DNA of 63,918 nt, filler included, from Paramecium tetraurelia (lineage: Eukaryota), in assembly GCA_000165425.1 (NCBI GenBank). It is 9 parts of 9 records of this genome, joined end to end, with 100 filler letters (N's around TTAATTAATTAA, not from the genome) between each part and the next. Parts side by side here need not be neighbours in the genome. Positions count along the whole stretch, not along the records: positions 14,739 to 26,621 come from CT868018.1; positions 26,722 to 48,144 come from CT868032.1; 7 more parts are not named here. One strand, given 5' to 3'. The position numbers were made by a program, and so were the translations under genes. Below, in pieces: positions 25,546-38,342 of this stretch; position 1 is the first letter of the stretch; every line of letters starts with the position of its first letter. The notes under the pieces are model-generated. The model was not told the DNA's origin, ran no database searches, and worked only from the letters and a program-made list of their open reading frames with translations.

Positions 25546-26205
25546 TCATTAGTCAATGAATGATTCGCCATTTCCAAATGATTGTTTGATTGCTCCTTCG
25601 ACAAATAGGAATTCAATTGGTCTACTTCTCATACATTTATTGGAAACTGTATATGCAGTTGTTCCGTTTTCTTAAATAAGACTCAATGATCCTCCTTCTG
25701 GGACATGAATGGATAAAACTTCAAATGGCAATCCAAAAAATGTGACATTATCTCCTGGACATGATTTAGCATGTTCTCCCTTAAAATTGCATTCGCTAAA
25801 AACATAAATACAACCCTCTTTAAATGATGTAATTTTTTCGTTGCTGTAAACTTTCTTTTCTGGTTTAGGTTCTTCAAATGAATAATTTGGTTTTTCTGTT
25901 GCTCTTACTGCATTGGGATTTGGTTAGTCAATAATAAACATAGATTCAACGAATTTAATTGTATGATCACTCTCTTCAGTTGGTGTTAATAACAATGCTT
26001 CTTCGTAATTCAAAAGTGATGACAATTGCTCTTTGATTGATTCATCTGAGCTTCTTCCCAAAAAGGTTGGTAAGCCTTTTTTTTTAATTGTATATATTTC
26101 AGTTGATAAATCCTTCTGCTATTTGACGTGCTTTTATTTTTCAAGGAAACTCTCTTGAGCTGTTATGATCACCAATAAGAGTGCTAAAATATATAATTTT
26201 TACAT
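25546..26205 (-). CDS. Secreted protein with a C-terminal beta/gamma-crystallin domain (dense-core granule or trichocyst non-core family); apparent frameshift near the 5' end
   Basis: Signal peptide MQKLYILALLLVIITA; GCIYVFSECNFKGEHAKSC..EVLSIHVPEG Greek-key signature. Confidence 0.75.
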
Positions 26206-26721
26206 ATTAATAAAAACGGATTTATAATATATGAATTTTGAGTGATGAATTTGTTACAGACCAAAGAGTTTCTTATATTATAGATTCCTCTCAAAGAACC
26301 TATCAGTGTACTTCTTTGTTTTTAAATAAGAGAGATCTTAAACCTTAGATTTCGAAGCATCCTCCAATATTAAGATGATCTCATCATATGATTAGTAAGA
26401 ATATTAAAGAATTTTAATTGCAGAGTATTGTTTTCAAAATTAAATTGAGAGGAAAGTAGAAGATACTCCAATCTGAGATGGAAAATAAAAAATGATTATA
26501 ATTTTTATAACAAAAATAGTAAAAATGATTTTATTTTTGACCTTAATTATAGATGGATATAAGAAGGGGTACATGTTGTTTTAAAATAGTAAAATACTAT
26601 ATATCTCTTCGCCAGGTTGGCNNNNNNNNNNNNNNNNNNNNNNNNNNNNNNNNNNNNNNNNNNNNTTAATTAATTAANNNNNNNNNNNNNNNNNNNNNNN
26701 NNNNNNNNNNNNNNNNNNNNN

Positions 26722-27762
26722 GCAATGAAGCCTCAGGGATCTTTGAGAACTCGATGCAGAATCCTTATATTTCAGTGAACATTCTTTTTGGATCTAGGGT
26801 TTTTGATTTGATGAGGGTTTTGATGAAGACAGCTACCAATCTCACATATCTTGACACCATCTATTGTTTGGGCTGTTGTTTAGAATAATATATACTTGCA
26901 ATTCTTCACAATACAGGATGCACTTTTACAGATACATGTGGAGGAAGGCTTCAGGCAATTTGATTGAATTGGAGAGTTTGTTGACAACTTCCAAACTCTG
27001 TAGTGATATCTTCATTTAAATCAAGCATTCGAAGTATTCATGGATGCTGATGCCGCATTGATTGATGCGAGCCAACAGAAAGCTTGATAGATCAGGATTG
27101 TGTTCAATAAGGTTGGGGAGTTGATTGGGTGTGATTCCACTGTCTAACACATGTCTCTGATCTTGATTGAGAAGATCAATGGTTTCTTATGCTTCCCTCT
27201 GAGACAATTTGGATTGTTGAGCTTTGAGGAGATTCTCCTTGATTCTGACTAGTGGCTCTTGGCTGACTTCGATGGTATAATCCCAGAGTGGATCGGCTAA
27301 TTGAAGGGTGATCCAATTAAATGTGGATTGAATTGTAGTGGGTACAGGTCTTAGATAATCAACTGAAAAGGAGGCGAAGATGTGTTCAAGTGCATTTCTT
27401 AGCGTTGGACATTGAATCACAGCTCTCATGGTTTAGGGTTGATGATTAATTAATTAGGTTGAAGTACTCCATTCATCAACAAGTTATCTCAAATTACATT
27501 ACCCGCACTCTAAATTAAGTTATATAGCGAAACCTATTCCTTATTCAACACAAGTCTCTTCTCCAAAGCATTACCACACTGAGTTTCATCTCCTGCAAAG
27601 TATAGACACACTATCCTTTGCGATGGAGTCAAAGATGCAACATCAATGACTGAGTTTAGAATCCACGGCTCTGGAAGTGATTTCCGATAGCTCTCTAGAG
27701 TGCCATCATTGATACTCTATAGAAAGTCATACACTTGGTCGATTTGGTTTTTTAGAAATCAT
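26722..27762 (-). CDS. CNOT11: CCR4-NOT subunit CNOT11 (3' end cut by linker; probable homopolymer frameshift just after the ATG)
   Basis: LPNLIEHNPDLS..EYFECLIQMKISLQSLEVVNKLSNSIKLPEAFLHMYL..RYVRLVAVFIKTLI..FTEIQGFCIEFSKIPEA matches the CNOT11 C-terminal domain. Confidence 0.9.
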
Positions 27763-27782
27763 TTTTAATTGTATTAATACGT

Positions 27783-30700
27783 TCATTACTATTCCTTTTT
27801 CTTTTTTGCCAACTCGATCAGATGTTAAATCATTCTCTTACTCTACTATTCGATATTGTAAGCTTCGTCCCTCTCAGTCTCCTCATTCTACCCATTCAAG
27901 TACTTGATCAATCTGTCGAAGGTCTTATCTCCCAAATATGCATTGGCTGTCCATGAAACACCGACACGACCTATTAAACATTCGATTTAACATCAATACC
28001 AGCTCTTCCTATCAATTGAAACAAGGCTCCGACGGATCTCTTTTCTGCCATCTCATCAAAAACAACGACGTGATTCAAGGGGTAATTGACACCGTAGCAC
28101 ATAGAATCATCAGAAATAATCAAAGCCAATTGCCCATTTGATGCCAACTTCTACACCTCCTCATAATAATCAATGTCCAATTCGGATTACTAAAATAGGA
28201 TTCATACACATTAGATACCTTTTCTGTATAGGCTGCAATACCAGAGAAGAGATACAACATGATGTCATCAGGGATATCAAGTTGATAGTTGATTCCCTCA
28301 AGCGAGAAGGCCTTTCTGGCTCTATATTGTTCTAGATACAAGGGGTCATTGGTAACGAATTTCTAATTGATTCTTATAATTATTGCTTACTTTGTAATGT
28401 TCCAATGTATTTATTTTCAAGAAATCAGGAAATGCTATTGTCAATTTCATGCTTTCTTATAGTGCTTGGATTTGTTTGGATCTCTCATCCTCGTTATCGA
28501 TTTCTCTTTCCTTCTTTTGAATTTCTTTCTCCAAATACTCGTGTTATTTTAGGTATTATTTCACGTATTCTGAAGCTGGAGAACACTTCTTGAGTAGTTT
28601 GTGGAATTTGGCTCTGATGAATTCTACTGGTGAATTTACAGCAATCAAACAGCCCCCTAAGAATTTATGAGCCATATTGCCACCCAATTGTCTAATATCT
28701 AATTTATGATATGGGGCTGTGAATTTCATTTTATCCTCATCATCTATTTCAATTGTATAAGTATATTTTGATTTTGGTTTCTATTGTTATTGTAATTAAC
28801 TATTCTCCTCAGTCTAATTAACTGCTCCTGTATCCTCGACTTCCTCATAGACGTATTCGTATTCATACTCATATTCTCCCTCCTCTCCTTCTTAGACTTG
28901 TTCTTCTCCTTCTTACTATTATTCACCTAAATCTTATTATTAAACAACTTCTTGTTTTTCTGAACACACTTTCTTAAAAGATTCATCATCCACTGTTAAC
29001 AAAATCTTCAATAATTCAATGCTTTTTCTTTACACAAATTCTTGCGTAATAATATCGAAGGTTTCAAAATCTTCGATGTTGACAATTCCACATCCCTTCA
29101 TTCTATCATACAATTCACAATAAGCATTAGCATTGTAACACCTCTTCATAAATGGATTCTTCTCCAATCTATCCAAAATTTCAGCCAATTGCTATTTGTT
29201 CTATGCCTAATAATGTGGCAAGAACTTGTGACCACTATGAGAAAAGACCTAACAACCAATATGGAATTGAGAATCATGAACCACAGGAATATCAATCTCA
29301 GAGATTTGAGCCTTCCTGTATAGTTTGATGAAACTTGGTATTTTCTCAGGAGGTGGCAAAGTAGCACTAGATAATATTGTAATGGGTGGAGCTCGACGAA
29401 TGATGTCAATCAATATCTTGGTTACTTCTGCATCTGCAAAATCAGCATCAACTGTAGGTTCATCGATAAACAAAATGTAATCCTTTCCATGCTTAGCTGG
29501 ATTATGGGATACCAATTTACGATCCTTACCCTACCATCTAACTACTTGCTTCTCCCTTTCTGACAAGGTGTGCTTCTCCTTCAACAATTCCAAGGTAGTC
29601 TTGAAGTCAGCCACAACCAAAGTTGGGAATTCCTCCTGTCTATTCTACCAGGAATTGACTAGTCTTGGACATTCAGCATATCCCAAATCAGAATCCAGTT
29701 TAGAACTCTAAGAATCCTTCCACATTGATGCAATAGCAAATTTCAATTTCCTCTCATACGCAGCAGCACCCACTTAGGTTCTCACCGTATCCAAAGGACA
29801 ACAATACAAAAACTAAACTTCTCTGGGATTCCTATACCCTAGATTCTTCAATTAATTATAGGCGTTGTTTTCTTGAAGTGCATAACTTTCTCTCATGCGT
29901 GCCAAGTATTAAGCAATGGCCACACTCAACACAGTCTTACCTGTACCAACCATAGTACTAAAGAAGATCAAGGATGGCTTTTCTGCTTTCTTCAAGATTT
30001 CCAAAAGGTTTTCCTATGACTTATATGGACGAACATCAGTTCTGATGAATGCTTGATTTAAATCAGTATCGATGACCAACTTTGGATACTTATTAAATAA
30101 GACTCTGTTTGAGAAACCAAAGTTCTTGTACAATTCTTTGAGTTTGTATCTGAGATCTTCGACTGCTTGAGGAGCCAATCTTTCCTTCTTTGTCTCATCC
30201 AAATAGGATTAACCCTCGTATTCTTTGTAGTTGAGATAGACGTTCTTCAGGAAGTAGATCAATTCAAAGGCGTATTCATCCCTGAATTTGGAGTGGATGT
30301 GACATTTGATTAATTGGGTGGCATAGATCATCAAGGCTGAGAACTTGAGTTCCATCCATTTCAAGGATTTGATACGCTTACTTGCTTATTCGGTTTTAAG
30401 AAATTCATTTTCCTTAGGTTTTAAATCCTGATTTAAAATGATCAATCCCATCTATTGTAACATCTTCACGGTTTGATCATTGACCTTGTCCTTCGACAAC
30501 TCAATACGCATCAAATCTTCCTTCTTGACTACATTCTTACCACCCTTCTTACCCTATGCTTGCTTCTTTTCCTCTTATTTGGGATTGCCATCATCAATCT
30601 TACTTAGAATGCCATACTCGACCAATTTGGGTCTCAGATACTTCAAGTACAAGTCTTGACCCACACAAATTTCGTAGATGACATTCGATTTCTAAACCTC

Positions 30701-30994
30701 CTATTATTATGGTGCTTACTCTGGTTTCTTCTGCTTACCACCCTTTTACTTGCTATTATCCTTCTCCTTCTGCACAACCTCCGCAACTGCCTATTTCTCG
30801 ATCAAATCCTCTGCACTGTTATTACCCAATTATTGTAGAGTTGACAACACTCTTGTCTCAAATTAGCTGAAATTCTTCTTCTCTATCTTCTCCCATTGCT
30901 CCTTGACAAACTTACCAAAACGAGTATTGGTAGTCTAATCCTTTTGCTCATATTCCTCCTCATTTGGCACGTATTGATCCTCGATTTGCTACAT
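27783..30994 (-). CDS. Superfamily-2 helicase-like protein (~1041 aa) with a DEPT motif II and a Ski2/DDX60-type C-terminal domain; resembles a giant-virus family
   Basis: Motif I LIFFSTMVGTGKT (~29940), II LFIDEPT (~29460), III ILSSATLP (~29365), V LIISDDSMCYGVNYP, VI LFQLIGRAGRVG. Introns 28363-28390, 28190-28218 and 27971-27999 restore a length divisible by 3 (3126 nt). Confidence 0.9.
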
Positions 30995-31027
30995 ATTTTA
31001 ATTAATATCTTCATGACCTTTAATTAT

Positions 31028-32052
31028 ATGGCTAACAATTATACTGAGACTAAAATCCCAATGACCCTCAAATGTAGGACAACTAGAGATTACTTCAACT
31101 TTGCTTTCAAAAATGAGATATTCAATGGCGAAATGGGCAAATGAGTGAAAAGCTAACTCTTTGAAATCCCAATATATGAAGCTCGAACAAATATAATGAG
31201 TTACAAATACTTAATTAGCATAAAAAACACAATAAAGCATTACAAAGCACTTAACAAGTGCAGTTGGCGATTACACCAAATGCAGTATGATGGTTAACAT
31301 TATTGTGGCTATTACAATTAAAATTCCATCAATTAGATAAGTCGATCATTTAGTCTATCAATTCTAGACCCAATAAAATAGGTCTTAATTTATAGAGAAG
31401 GCTTTGCAAAACTAATCAAAGATAAACCACCAAAGTAGCGTCGAGTGCTATTAATTTCAGAAACAAAGAATCCTAACTAGAAAACCAAGTTTGGATGAGA
31501 GATTGCCATATGGATATGTTAAGATTACTGGGAGGATAGAAGATTTAAAGGAAGCATTTAGGTTTACCAAGACAACATTAAGAGGGATTCAATTTTTCGC
31601 ATAATTACTCCAATTCACTTGAGAACTCCTTATTATTCTATGAATAAACTGCTCTCAAGAGAATATTTGACTTTCTACAAATGGATGCATAATGCTCTAG
31701 ACTATGAACCGAGATTTTTAATTTAGAAAAAAGACCTTACTTCTATTTAGAAAATTAGGCCAAAATTTTATTCAAGAACAAGAAGGTATGATATCATAAC
31801 TAAGATATCAGATTTAATTTGTAGAATATTTTAAATTTTGCATACTTTCAAGAATATAAAAATCCAAATATTTAGAGTATCCATTATGTATACCAAAGAG
31901 AGTTAGCATACACAGACAAGAATAGGCATCACTCATCTAACTTAGAATGTGTTTAAATTTAACAATTTTATTAATGGCAATTTCAGAGAATCATAAAAAG
32001 TTTTGTGCCGCTTCAAAAAAAGAAAGTTGAAAAAGAAGAAGATAAAAAATGA
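31028..32052 (+). pseudogene. Probable decayed gene
   Basis: Coding-like composition starting MANNYTETKIP, but every frame is interrupted by TGA (e.g. 31142, 31496) and no clean introns are evident. Confidence 0.35.
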
Positions 32053-32073
32053 TATACCTTCTATATATTTATT

Positions 32074-33291
32074 TCAATATTTAAGTTTTTTATCCTACAA
32101 TTTGCCCTCAAATGAATCTAACATTTTGTTTACATTCTCCTCAGGTTAATTAGTAGACCTAATATTCTAAGGCATTTGTTATGCTCTAATCTTTTAATTC
32201 GAGATTCCCTTAAGAATGGTACAATTAGAACGGATGGTTTTACTGAAATTGTTGTCGCTAACATCACAAGCCTATGCTAAGTACAATCCCTTAAACTCAG
32301 ATCTATCCATCCTAAGAGTGCGTTTCTTAGTGACACTAAGTGATTACTATCTTGTTATGCTTATAACATTTACTTGGCTAGACTATGCACATTTTTAGTT
32401 GACTGACTATTCTAATTTACTAGTTTGAGGTCTTACATGTAATGAAAATGATGGTTTATCACTGTCTATTGTGAATGGTCGACTTGTTCTTTCTTGTTTC
32501 TCCTCGATTTGTTACAGGGTCTATTCAATAATGTCTAGAGAAGGTCGAGATGGACGAGATGGTCGTCTAACATGAATGGTTTTAGAGATTCCCATCTTGT
32601 GAGATGGAGACAACCCTGCTTTATAATGAATTTCATCGTTTTCTTCTTACCTCTTGGCATTGAGTTTCCGAATAAGTTTCATATTCTCTTGTTTTAATTC
32701 CCACCTAATTTATTCAACTTTGTGTTCTTTCTCAATACGTTTCTCAATCAATTTCACTGCCTCCTCTTCCATGGCCAAGATTTTTGGATTCACTAGCATC
32801 TTAATGTGCTTCTGAGAATGCTACCCCACTTTATTCCAAAACAATTCAGGCCTTCCTTACAAGGTAGTATTGTATTATATGGGTTTGAGTTGTAATTGAT
32901 CTGCTTCAATATCCGATTGTTATTGACTCAGATTTTGTAGACCTGCCCGCTCTAATTTACGAGTTTGCATCCTCAAATGGTCCTCCTGCTTCAATTAATT
33001 GAAATAGATGTGCTTGCTCATTTAATACAATGTTTTGTCTCTCTCTTCTTGCTTTTGCAATTACTTAATGCGTTTCTCCCCTCTCAGTTTCTATTCTTAG
33101 ATCTTGGCAAACACCTTCATATTCGAACTGGATTGGTGTTGATTGTTCCAAATATTCGAATTATCATGATAATAAGAGTGATTCTTCTTCTGCGCCAGCT
33201 ACGGAGGTAGAGTCTGATATTTAGGGAGTTGCTGCTCCATATAATACTTTTCCATTGCTGATTTAGGACACAGAGGATGATTTTAAATCAT
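32074..33291 (-). CDS. Hypothetical protein
   Basis: Open table-6 frame from MIQNHPLCPKSAMEKYYMEQQLPKY to FEGKLQDKKLKY*; length is a multiple of 3. Confidence 0.75.
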
Positions 33292-33858
33292 TAATAAGAA
33301 TAATTAATATCATATATTTAGATTTAAAAGAACTCAATCAAAAGCAGCAACCTCTGATAGCTGTAGGCAATCTAAAACACTCACTTCAACCATCATACAG
33401 ATTTCTACCAAAAGATAGTCACAATCAAATTGAAATAAAATCATTACTTACTCATAAAAATTGGTTCATTAATCAATTTCGTCTATTTTTGAATTGATTA
33501 TAATACACATCTAGCATTTGTTCAAATTTATTATTCTAAAGACCAAGACCTTCGTCAATACAATAACTATATTATAATTTTAATAGAATACATAAATTGA
33601 ATTTCAAAATAGATTTATCTACCAATGAACATTATCACATGTCTGTGGAAGGAATGACAAATTTATTAGCCTTATTGGGGAGGAAAAAAAGCCAATTACA
33701 TAAAATTAGTTTTCTGTTTTATCCTAAAAAATTAACTTTAGAGGAAAATAGTATTGCAAATTTAGTGATGTTGGAATACCTAGAATAATGACTTGATTTA
33801 GAATTTATTAAATTACTTTTATATTAAAATAATTAACATAATTTAATATAATTTAATT

Positions 33859-34534
33859 ATGAGTACAAAAAAGACCTAGAAGGTTATTGGCAAAACTTAG
33901 AAGATTGTTGAGAAATAAAGTTAAGAATCTTCAAATAAAGAATAAAAAATAAAAAGTAAAGTCAACAGATTAGAATAATAACCATAAGAAAGACAAAATG
34001 GAATTATTTATGTTGGCCATTTACCTTATGGGTTTGTTGAAGATGGATTGAAGGAATACTTTACCTAATTTGGTGACGTGCTTGGAGTCAAATTATTTAG
34101 AAGCAAAAAAGTAATCCATAAATTTACATTTTCAGACCAATAGAGTCTAAGGCTATGGTTTCGTAAAATTCGCTGATAAGGAAGTAGCACCTATAGCAGC
34201 ATAAGCTATGAATGGTTATTTAATGAATGGAAAGAAGTTGGTTGTCAATGTATTAAGTGACTAACATCCTGATCCTTTCAAATATAAACACGGAAATTAA
34301 AAATTGCATTTTATTAATTGGTCTGAAAAAGCAGTTGAAGAATCAAATAAAGTATTAGTATTGTTCTAGGTAGGAAAAATCAAATGAATAAATTGTTAAG
34401 GAAGTATAAAGGTTATTATCAAATGAAGAAGAGAAGAGATAGAAACTAAAAGAATTAGGAATCAATTACACTTACTAAGGATTTGTATTTATTCATCTCT
34501 ACTATTATTTTAGAAAGAATAGCTTAAAGCTTGA
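33859..34534 (+). CDS. NOP15: RRM protein, Nop15/NIFK-like ribosome biogenesis factor
   Basis: GIIYVGHLPYGFVEDGLKEYFTQFGDVLGVKLFRSKK/TNRVQGYGFVKFADKEVAPIAAQAMNGYLMNGKKL; three short introns. Confidence 0.85.
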
Positions 34535-35251
34535 ATTGATCGATTTGATAATAATTATTCTATAAATTAATATTAATGAATCATATTATATAATGAATTT
34601 CATTAAATCACTCTTCATTTTCTGAGATCATATTATTTATAGGTTATAAAGATTAAGCATAATTTTTTGTTTTGCTTAACTTGAAGGCTCTTTAGAAACA
34701 AAGGCTAAAATAAATATTTTTACTCTTTAATCTATAACCATCTTAAAGGGATACTATAAACTGGGTTTCTCGAACCTTTTCGCTCAATTTAATTGCTAAA
34801 TTCCGAAATTCTTACAACTTTTGTCAACTGCATCTGGAAAATCCAATATTGTGCTCTTAATGATAGTAAGTCTTAACGTATAAAGCTCAATTAAAAATAA
34901 CTAACAATTGTGTGTTTATTGGATAAAATATAAATATAATATAGTTGAACCTCAATTGATAATATAATTATAAAATATGAAAAACCATATTTCTCAAGAT
35001 CTCTTACCTTTAGTATTTTCAAAGATTTTGACTTCTGTGTGTAAATTAGTTGTAAAACAGACATTGAGAGGGATAACTTTAGCTTAATCATACCATTAAA
35101 ATTGTCTCATGAAATAAAAAATTAAATTCTAAATTCATCATCTTACATAAAAATTCATTAAAGACGAAGAAGGCTTAAGAATGTGCACAAAAATATAAAT
35201 GAATTTACTAATATTCAAATTCTATTTTCTTAATTATTATTAATATTGTAA

Positions 35252-36768
35252 ATGAATACTTAAGAAAACATTCTCTAAGGTATGAATTTATTTAAGAAAC
35301 AAAGCCATAAACTTAAAAGCAGAGAAAAGGTATGATGAAGCCATTTAGGTTCTGTCTAAGTGTGATCAGAATGACTCAGAAGTGCTTTATCACATTGGAG
35401 ACATCTATTTAATATTCAAGTATCCAAACGAAGCTTTGTAATGCTTCGAAAATTCACTCATCAAAAACCCCCTTTCAGCAGTGACCATCAAGGATATGGG
35501 AAGAGCATTCATGCTTAAAAAAGAATACACCAAAGCTGTAAACTGTTTCCTAAAAGCATACAAAATAGATTAATAATAATTAGACATATTTAAATTGATC
35601 AGTATCGTTATACTTATTTTTGTTAAGCCATGTGTTACATGGAGAATGGCGAATATGATAAAGCCTTTGTTTATGCCAATTAATAATTATCTCGCTTTCC
35701 GAAAGATCCAGATTCCTATTGCTTGAGAGGTGCTTATGCAAATATATTCATAGGGAAGTACTATTTAAATACATGCAAATATGAACAATCAATTGACAGT
35801 CTCAATATATGTCTGAAATTGAGACCGAACAATGCTTATGCCTTGGGAACTAAAGGTTTCAGAATATACTATTCTTTCCTTAGGATAAGCATTTATGATG
35901 CTTGGAAAAATGCACGAAGGACATCAATGTCTGAATGAAGCAATTCAGATAAACCCCAACATAGCAGAATTACATGTTGATATTGGATTGCTTTTCGAAG
36001 GGATGAGTAACATCTACCTGGCTATTTTATCGTATGATCAAGCTCTATAGATCTAGCATGACAACCCAATATCGATTTAAAGATTATGTATAAATATTGA
36101 TATTTTAAAAAGACAATCTGAAATTGCATCAGTATTAAAAATTAGACAACAATAAATCACCGAAAACAAAGTTGACTTCAAATTACAATGAAACAATCAC
36201 TAAGATTCCCTAATCTCAGTAATATTATATTGCCTTATTCTATACCATATCTAATTTCTTGTAGGGTTATTTAAATGTGAGTGATATGACCAAATTGAAT
36301 TATTAGAAGCAAATAGGTTACATTAAGAACCTAATAGACATCAGTCATCAGTTGGGAGTGTAATGCTCTCCAATATCTTCATTCTTTAGAGGGATTGAGT
36401 GCTATCTAGGTAAAACTAACACTGAAATTCAACAGTATATTTCTGAATGGATAAGCTAGAAATACCTAAAAACCTTTAATCTTAAAGACTTAAATGTCAT
36501 TCTATCAAATATTGTGGGAGAGGTTGTCATTCACAAACATTCTCAATGCCTATTTAACCAAGAAAACAACAATCTGAAGGTTGATCATTTATTGTCAATA
36601 ATTCAAAATAGTGAGAATTAACTCTTCAATAATTATTAGGCAATATAAGGATTGCATGATGGTGTGAACATGATTCAAAGAATGTTAATATTTTGTACTT
36701 CCTTTTTGAAAACTTGGGATGCTGATTTTAAATCTATTCTAATCAATATTTTATGTTATGATGAGTGA
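35252..36768 (+). CDS. TPR-repeat protein with a C-terminal helical region
   Basis: TPRs such as GKYYLNTCKYEQSIDSLNICLKLRPNNAYALGTK; introns 35280-35304, 35602-35627, 35730-35753, 35856-35883 and one starting at 36088. Confidence 0.85.
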
Positions 36769-37163
36769 CTAATTTAATATTTTATATATATAAATACTTA
36801 AAAGGATGTAATCTTTACGTTTATTATCTGTAGTTAATGGTTTTGTGATTAATGAAACATTACAAATATCATAAAATAGTGATAGAACAAAACAAATATT
36901 TCGAATAATTAGAATTTCGAGATTAAATAATCTAATTAAAAAGTGATATTTAATAAATTATGAAATGACCTCAGTAATTAAATTTGCTTAAAGGTTTGGC
37001 AAGAATAATTTAAATGATTTAAATCTTGAAAAATAATGGGAATAAGTATTTTTGGAATATTAATCTAGGAAATTTAAGAAAAAGCTAAAATACAAATTTA
37101 ATTTGAATTTAGGATAAAAACATGATTTGGAATTCTATAATTAATAAATAAATAACAAAAATT

Positions 37164-38313
37164 TCATTAAATTTTATTATATGAAGTTATAGTAGTTTTG
37201 GAACACATGATTATGCACGTTTGGAGATGGTCTTTGAATTTAGGATTTGGATTTCGCGGTACTTTAGTAAAATGCTCCTCCTTGATAGAATTCATATACC
37301 AATGTGAGAGGGCCTGAGAGGCTGTTATTCTTTGCGTTGGATTATGATTCAATAAGCTTATTAAGAATTGATAACCACAATCTGGTATATCCAATACAGA
37401 TAATCGAGATATTGTAAATTTCTTATTGAGTTTAAGAATGTCAGCCACTTATTCAGCTTGGAATAAATGTTTATTAAAGTAAAGTTAATACATGACTACT
37501 CCAATACTGAAGATGTCAGATTTATAATCAAAGGATTTGTTGATCAGAACTTCTGGAGCTATGTAACCAGGAGTGCCACAACTAATATTTCTGGATTCTA
37601 CATTAATGAATTGACACGCTAATCCAAAATCGATTATTTTAACTTAATTCTCGTCATCAATCAAAATATTATCGATTTTTAAATCTCGATGTATAATATT
37701 TTTGGAATGAATATAATTAACACCCTCCAAAATAGCCTTAATAATTAATGAAAATTTATCATACTTTCATAATTAATTTAATTTCTTCATGATCGTAGTC
37801 ATTTCGTAATTTATTGAGCTTTTCCATTACAACATAAATTTTGTTTGTACTTTCATAAACTTCATAAAATTTGGCAACATTTTTATGTTACAACATAGAC
37901 CAAATCTGTATTTCTCTTTTGATGTCATTGATAACAGCAGGGTTTTCTTTTTTCATACATTTGGCAGCATATAATTTATGAGTTATTTTACACTGAAGCA
38001 AACATACTTATGAATAGTTTCCCTTCCCCAGAGTGCTGAGAAAGTTGTACATGTTACTGATCTTTTTATAGGTAACCAGTTAGCCCAAGATAGATTTGAG
38101 CTTCAGAAGATCATGATGATCACCCAAAAACAAAAACGCATTTATTTCAAAGCCTTTTAAAAGGTTATTCTCTAGTCTCCAGACAATATTCGCATCTAGG
38201 TTTAAAGGAAATGTCATCATTTGGATTTAATTCATGATCACCAAGTTATTTTCATTGTCAATAGTAAGATGACATGAAGTGTTGTTAAATGTGACTTTGA
38301 TGTAAAAATTCAT
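37164..38313 (-). CDS. CAMK-group-like Ser/Thr kinase with an N-terminal extension
   Basis: LGKGNYS, YAAKCM, IIHRDLKIDNIL, IIDFGLA, CGTPGYIAPEVL, DIFSIGVV. Confidence 0.92.
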
Positions 38314-38342
38314 TATTATTAGAAAAAATTGTTTTGATAAAA

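Noticed and set aside
26611..26621. gccaggttggc at the contig end as the 5' end of a tRNA-Leu or SRP RNA
   Set aside because: Only 11 nt are visible before the linker, which cannot support a call.
27735..27762. Frameshift just after the CNOT11 ATG as programmed frameshifting
   Set aside because: It lies in an A homopolymer where removing one base restores the frame, which is a typical sequencing error.
31028..32052. In-frame TGAs at 31142 and 31496 as selenocysteine or readthrough
   Set aside because: There is no redox motif or evident SECIS, and the coding frame appears to shift, so decay is the simpler explanation.
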